From Octopus bimaculoides (lineage: Eukaryota), in assembly GCF_001194135.2 (NCBI RefSeq), contig NC_068985.1, forward strand, positions 36,363,838 to 36,427,241: 63,404 nt of DNA, given 5' to 3'. Position 1 is the first letter of the stretch, and every line of letters begins with the position of its first letter. Below, piece by piece: positions 63,313 to 63,404 of the stretch. The position numbers were made by a program, and so were the translations under genes. The notes beneath the pieces are model-generated. The model made no database searches. It was not told the origin of the DNA and saw only the letters and a program-made list of their open reading frames with translations.

Positions 63313-63404
63313 TAAACCGTGGTGGCTGGCAGCAACAGAGAGGTGGTTTTGGAGGTTTTAACCGTGGCAATCGAGGTCGAGGTGGTATTGGCGGCAGTGG
63401 TGGT
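63313..63404 (+). CDS. API5: API5 exon 13, partial (RGG/G-rich tail), truncated by window end
   Basis: cttcttgcag acceptor; phase 1 gives VNRGGWQQQRGGFGGFNRGNRGRGGIGGSGG, like the RG-rich human C-terminus. Confidence 0.85.

Larger units (their letters stand above)
36395..63404 (+). other. API5: Gene span: apoptosis inhibitor 5, 13 coding exons visible, 3' end beyond window
   Basis: Exons join in phase to 534 codons and match human API5 as I recall it along the length (M.TVE.LY..., EKRLA.QFI..FFKHFP, GRQQLV, EYMPLPP, LQFSYVECL..FHQLGRK, LQYFARG.QVYI, NKIKV.ALKIT.NIN.LIKDL, Y.PP.GKYS). Confidence 0.96.

Overview
AT-rich animal genomic DNA with long introns and five assembly gaps (30325-30739, 40719-41436, 52633-52855, 58278-58981, 60696-60991). 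The SINE/RTE repeat families resemble those I recall from Octopus genomes; this is an inference, not a database result. I reconstructed two + strand genes by hand from GT-AG boundaries and exon phases. (1) A ZIP8/ZIP14-type (SLC39A8/14-like, LIV-1 family) metal transporter: 9 coding exons, 5198-21531, 462 aa, with the TM5 motif [10 protein letters not shown]. (2) API5 (apoptosis inhibitor 5): 13 coding exons from 36395, running off the window end at 63404 after 534 codons. Introns and intergenic DNA hold tRNA-derived SINEs, RTE and CR1 LINE fragments, mariner and pogo-type DNA transposon relics and a decayed Helitron. The most notable signal is a set of small non-autonomous elements carrying minimal type I hammerhead-ribozyme motifs, 5' inverted segments and (where visible) 11-12 bp target-site duplications, the hallmarks of Penelope-like elements and retrozymes. 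One is a highly structured ~345-nt tandem unit (30252-31102) with a near-perfect hammerhead at 30903-30947. Another is a tRNA-promoter plus hammerhead hybrid present twice (5986-6242 and 56244-56550); its second copy duplicated an API5 splice donor on insertion. A third, more degenerate fold-back element lies at 61005-62303. Coordinates of old repeats are approximate.
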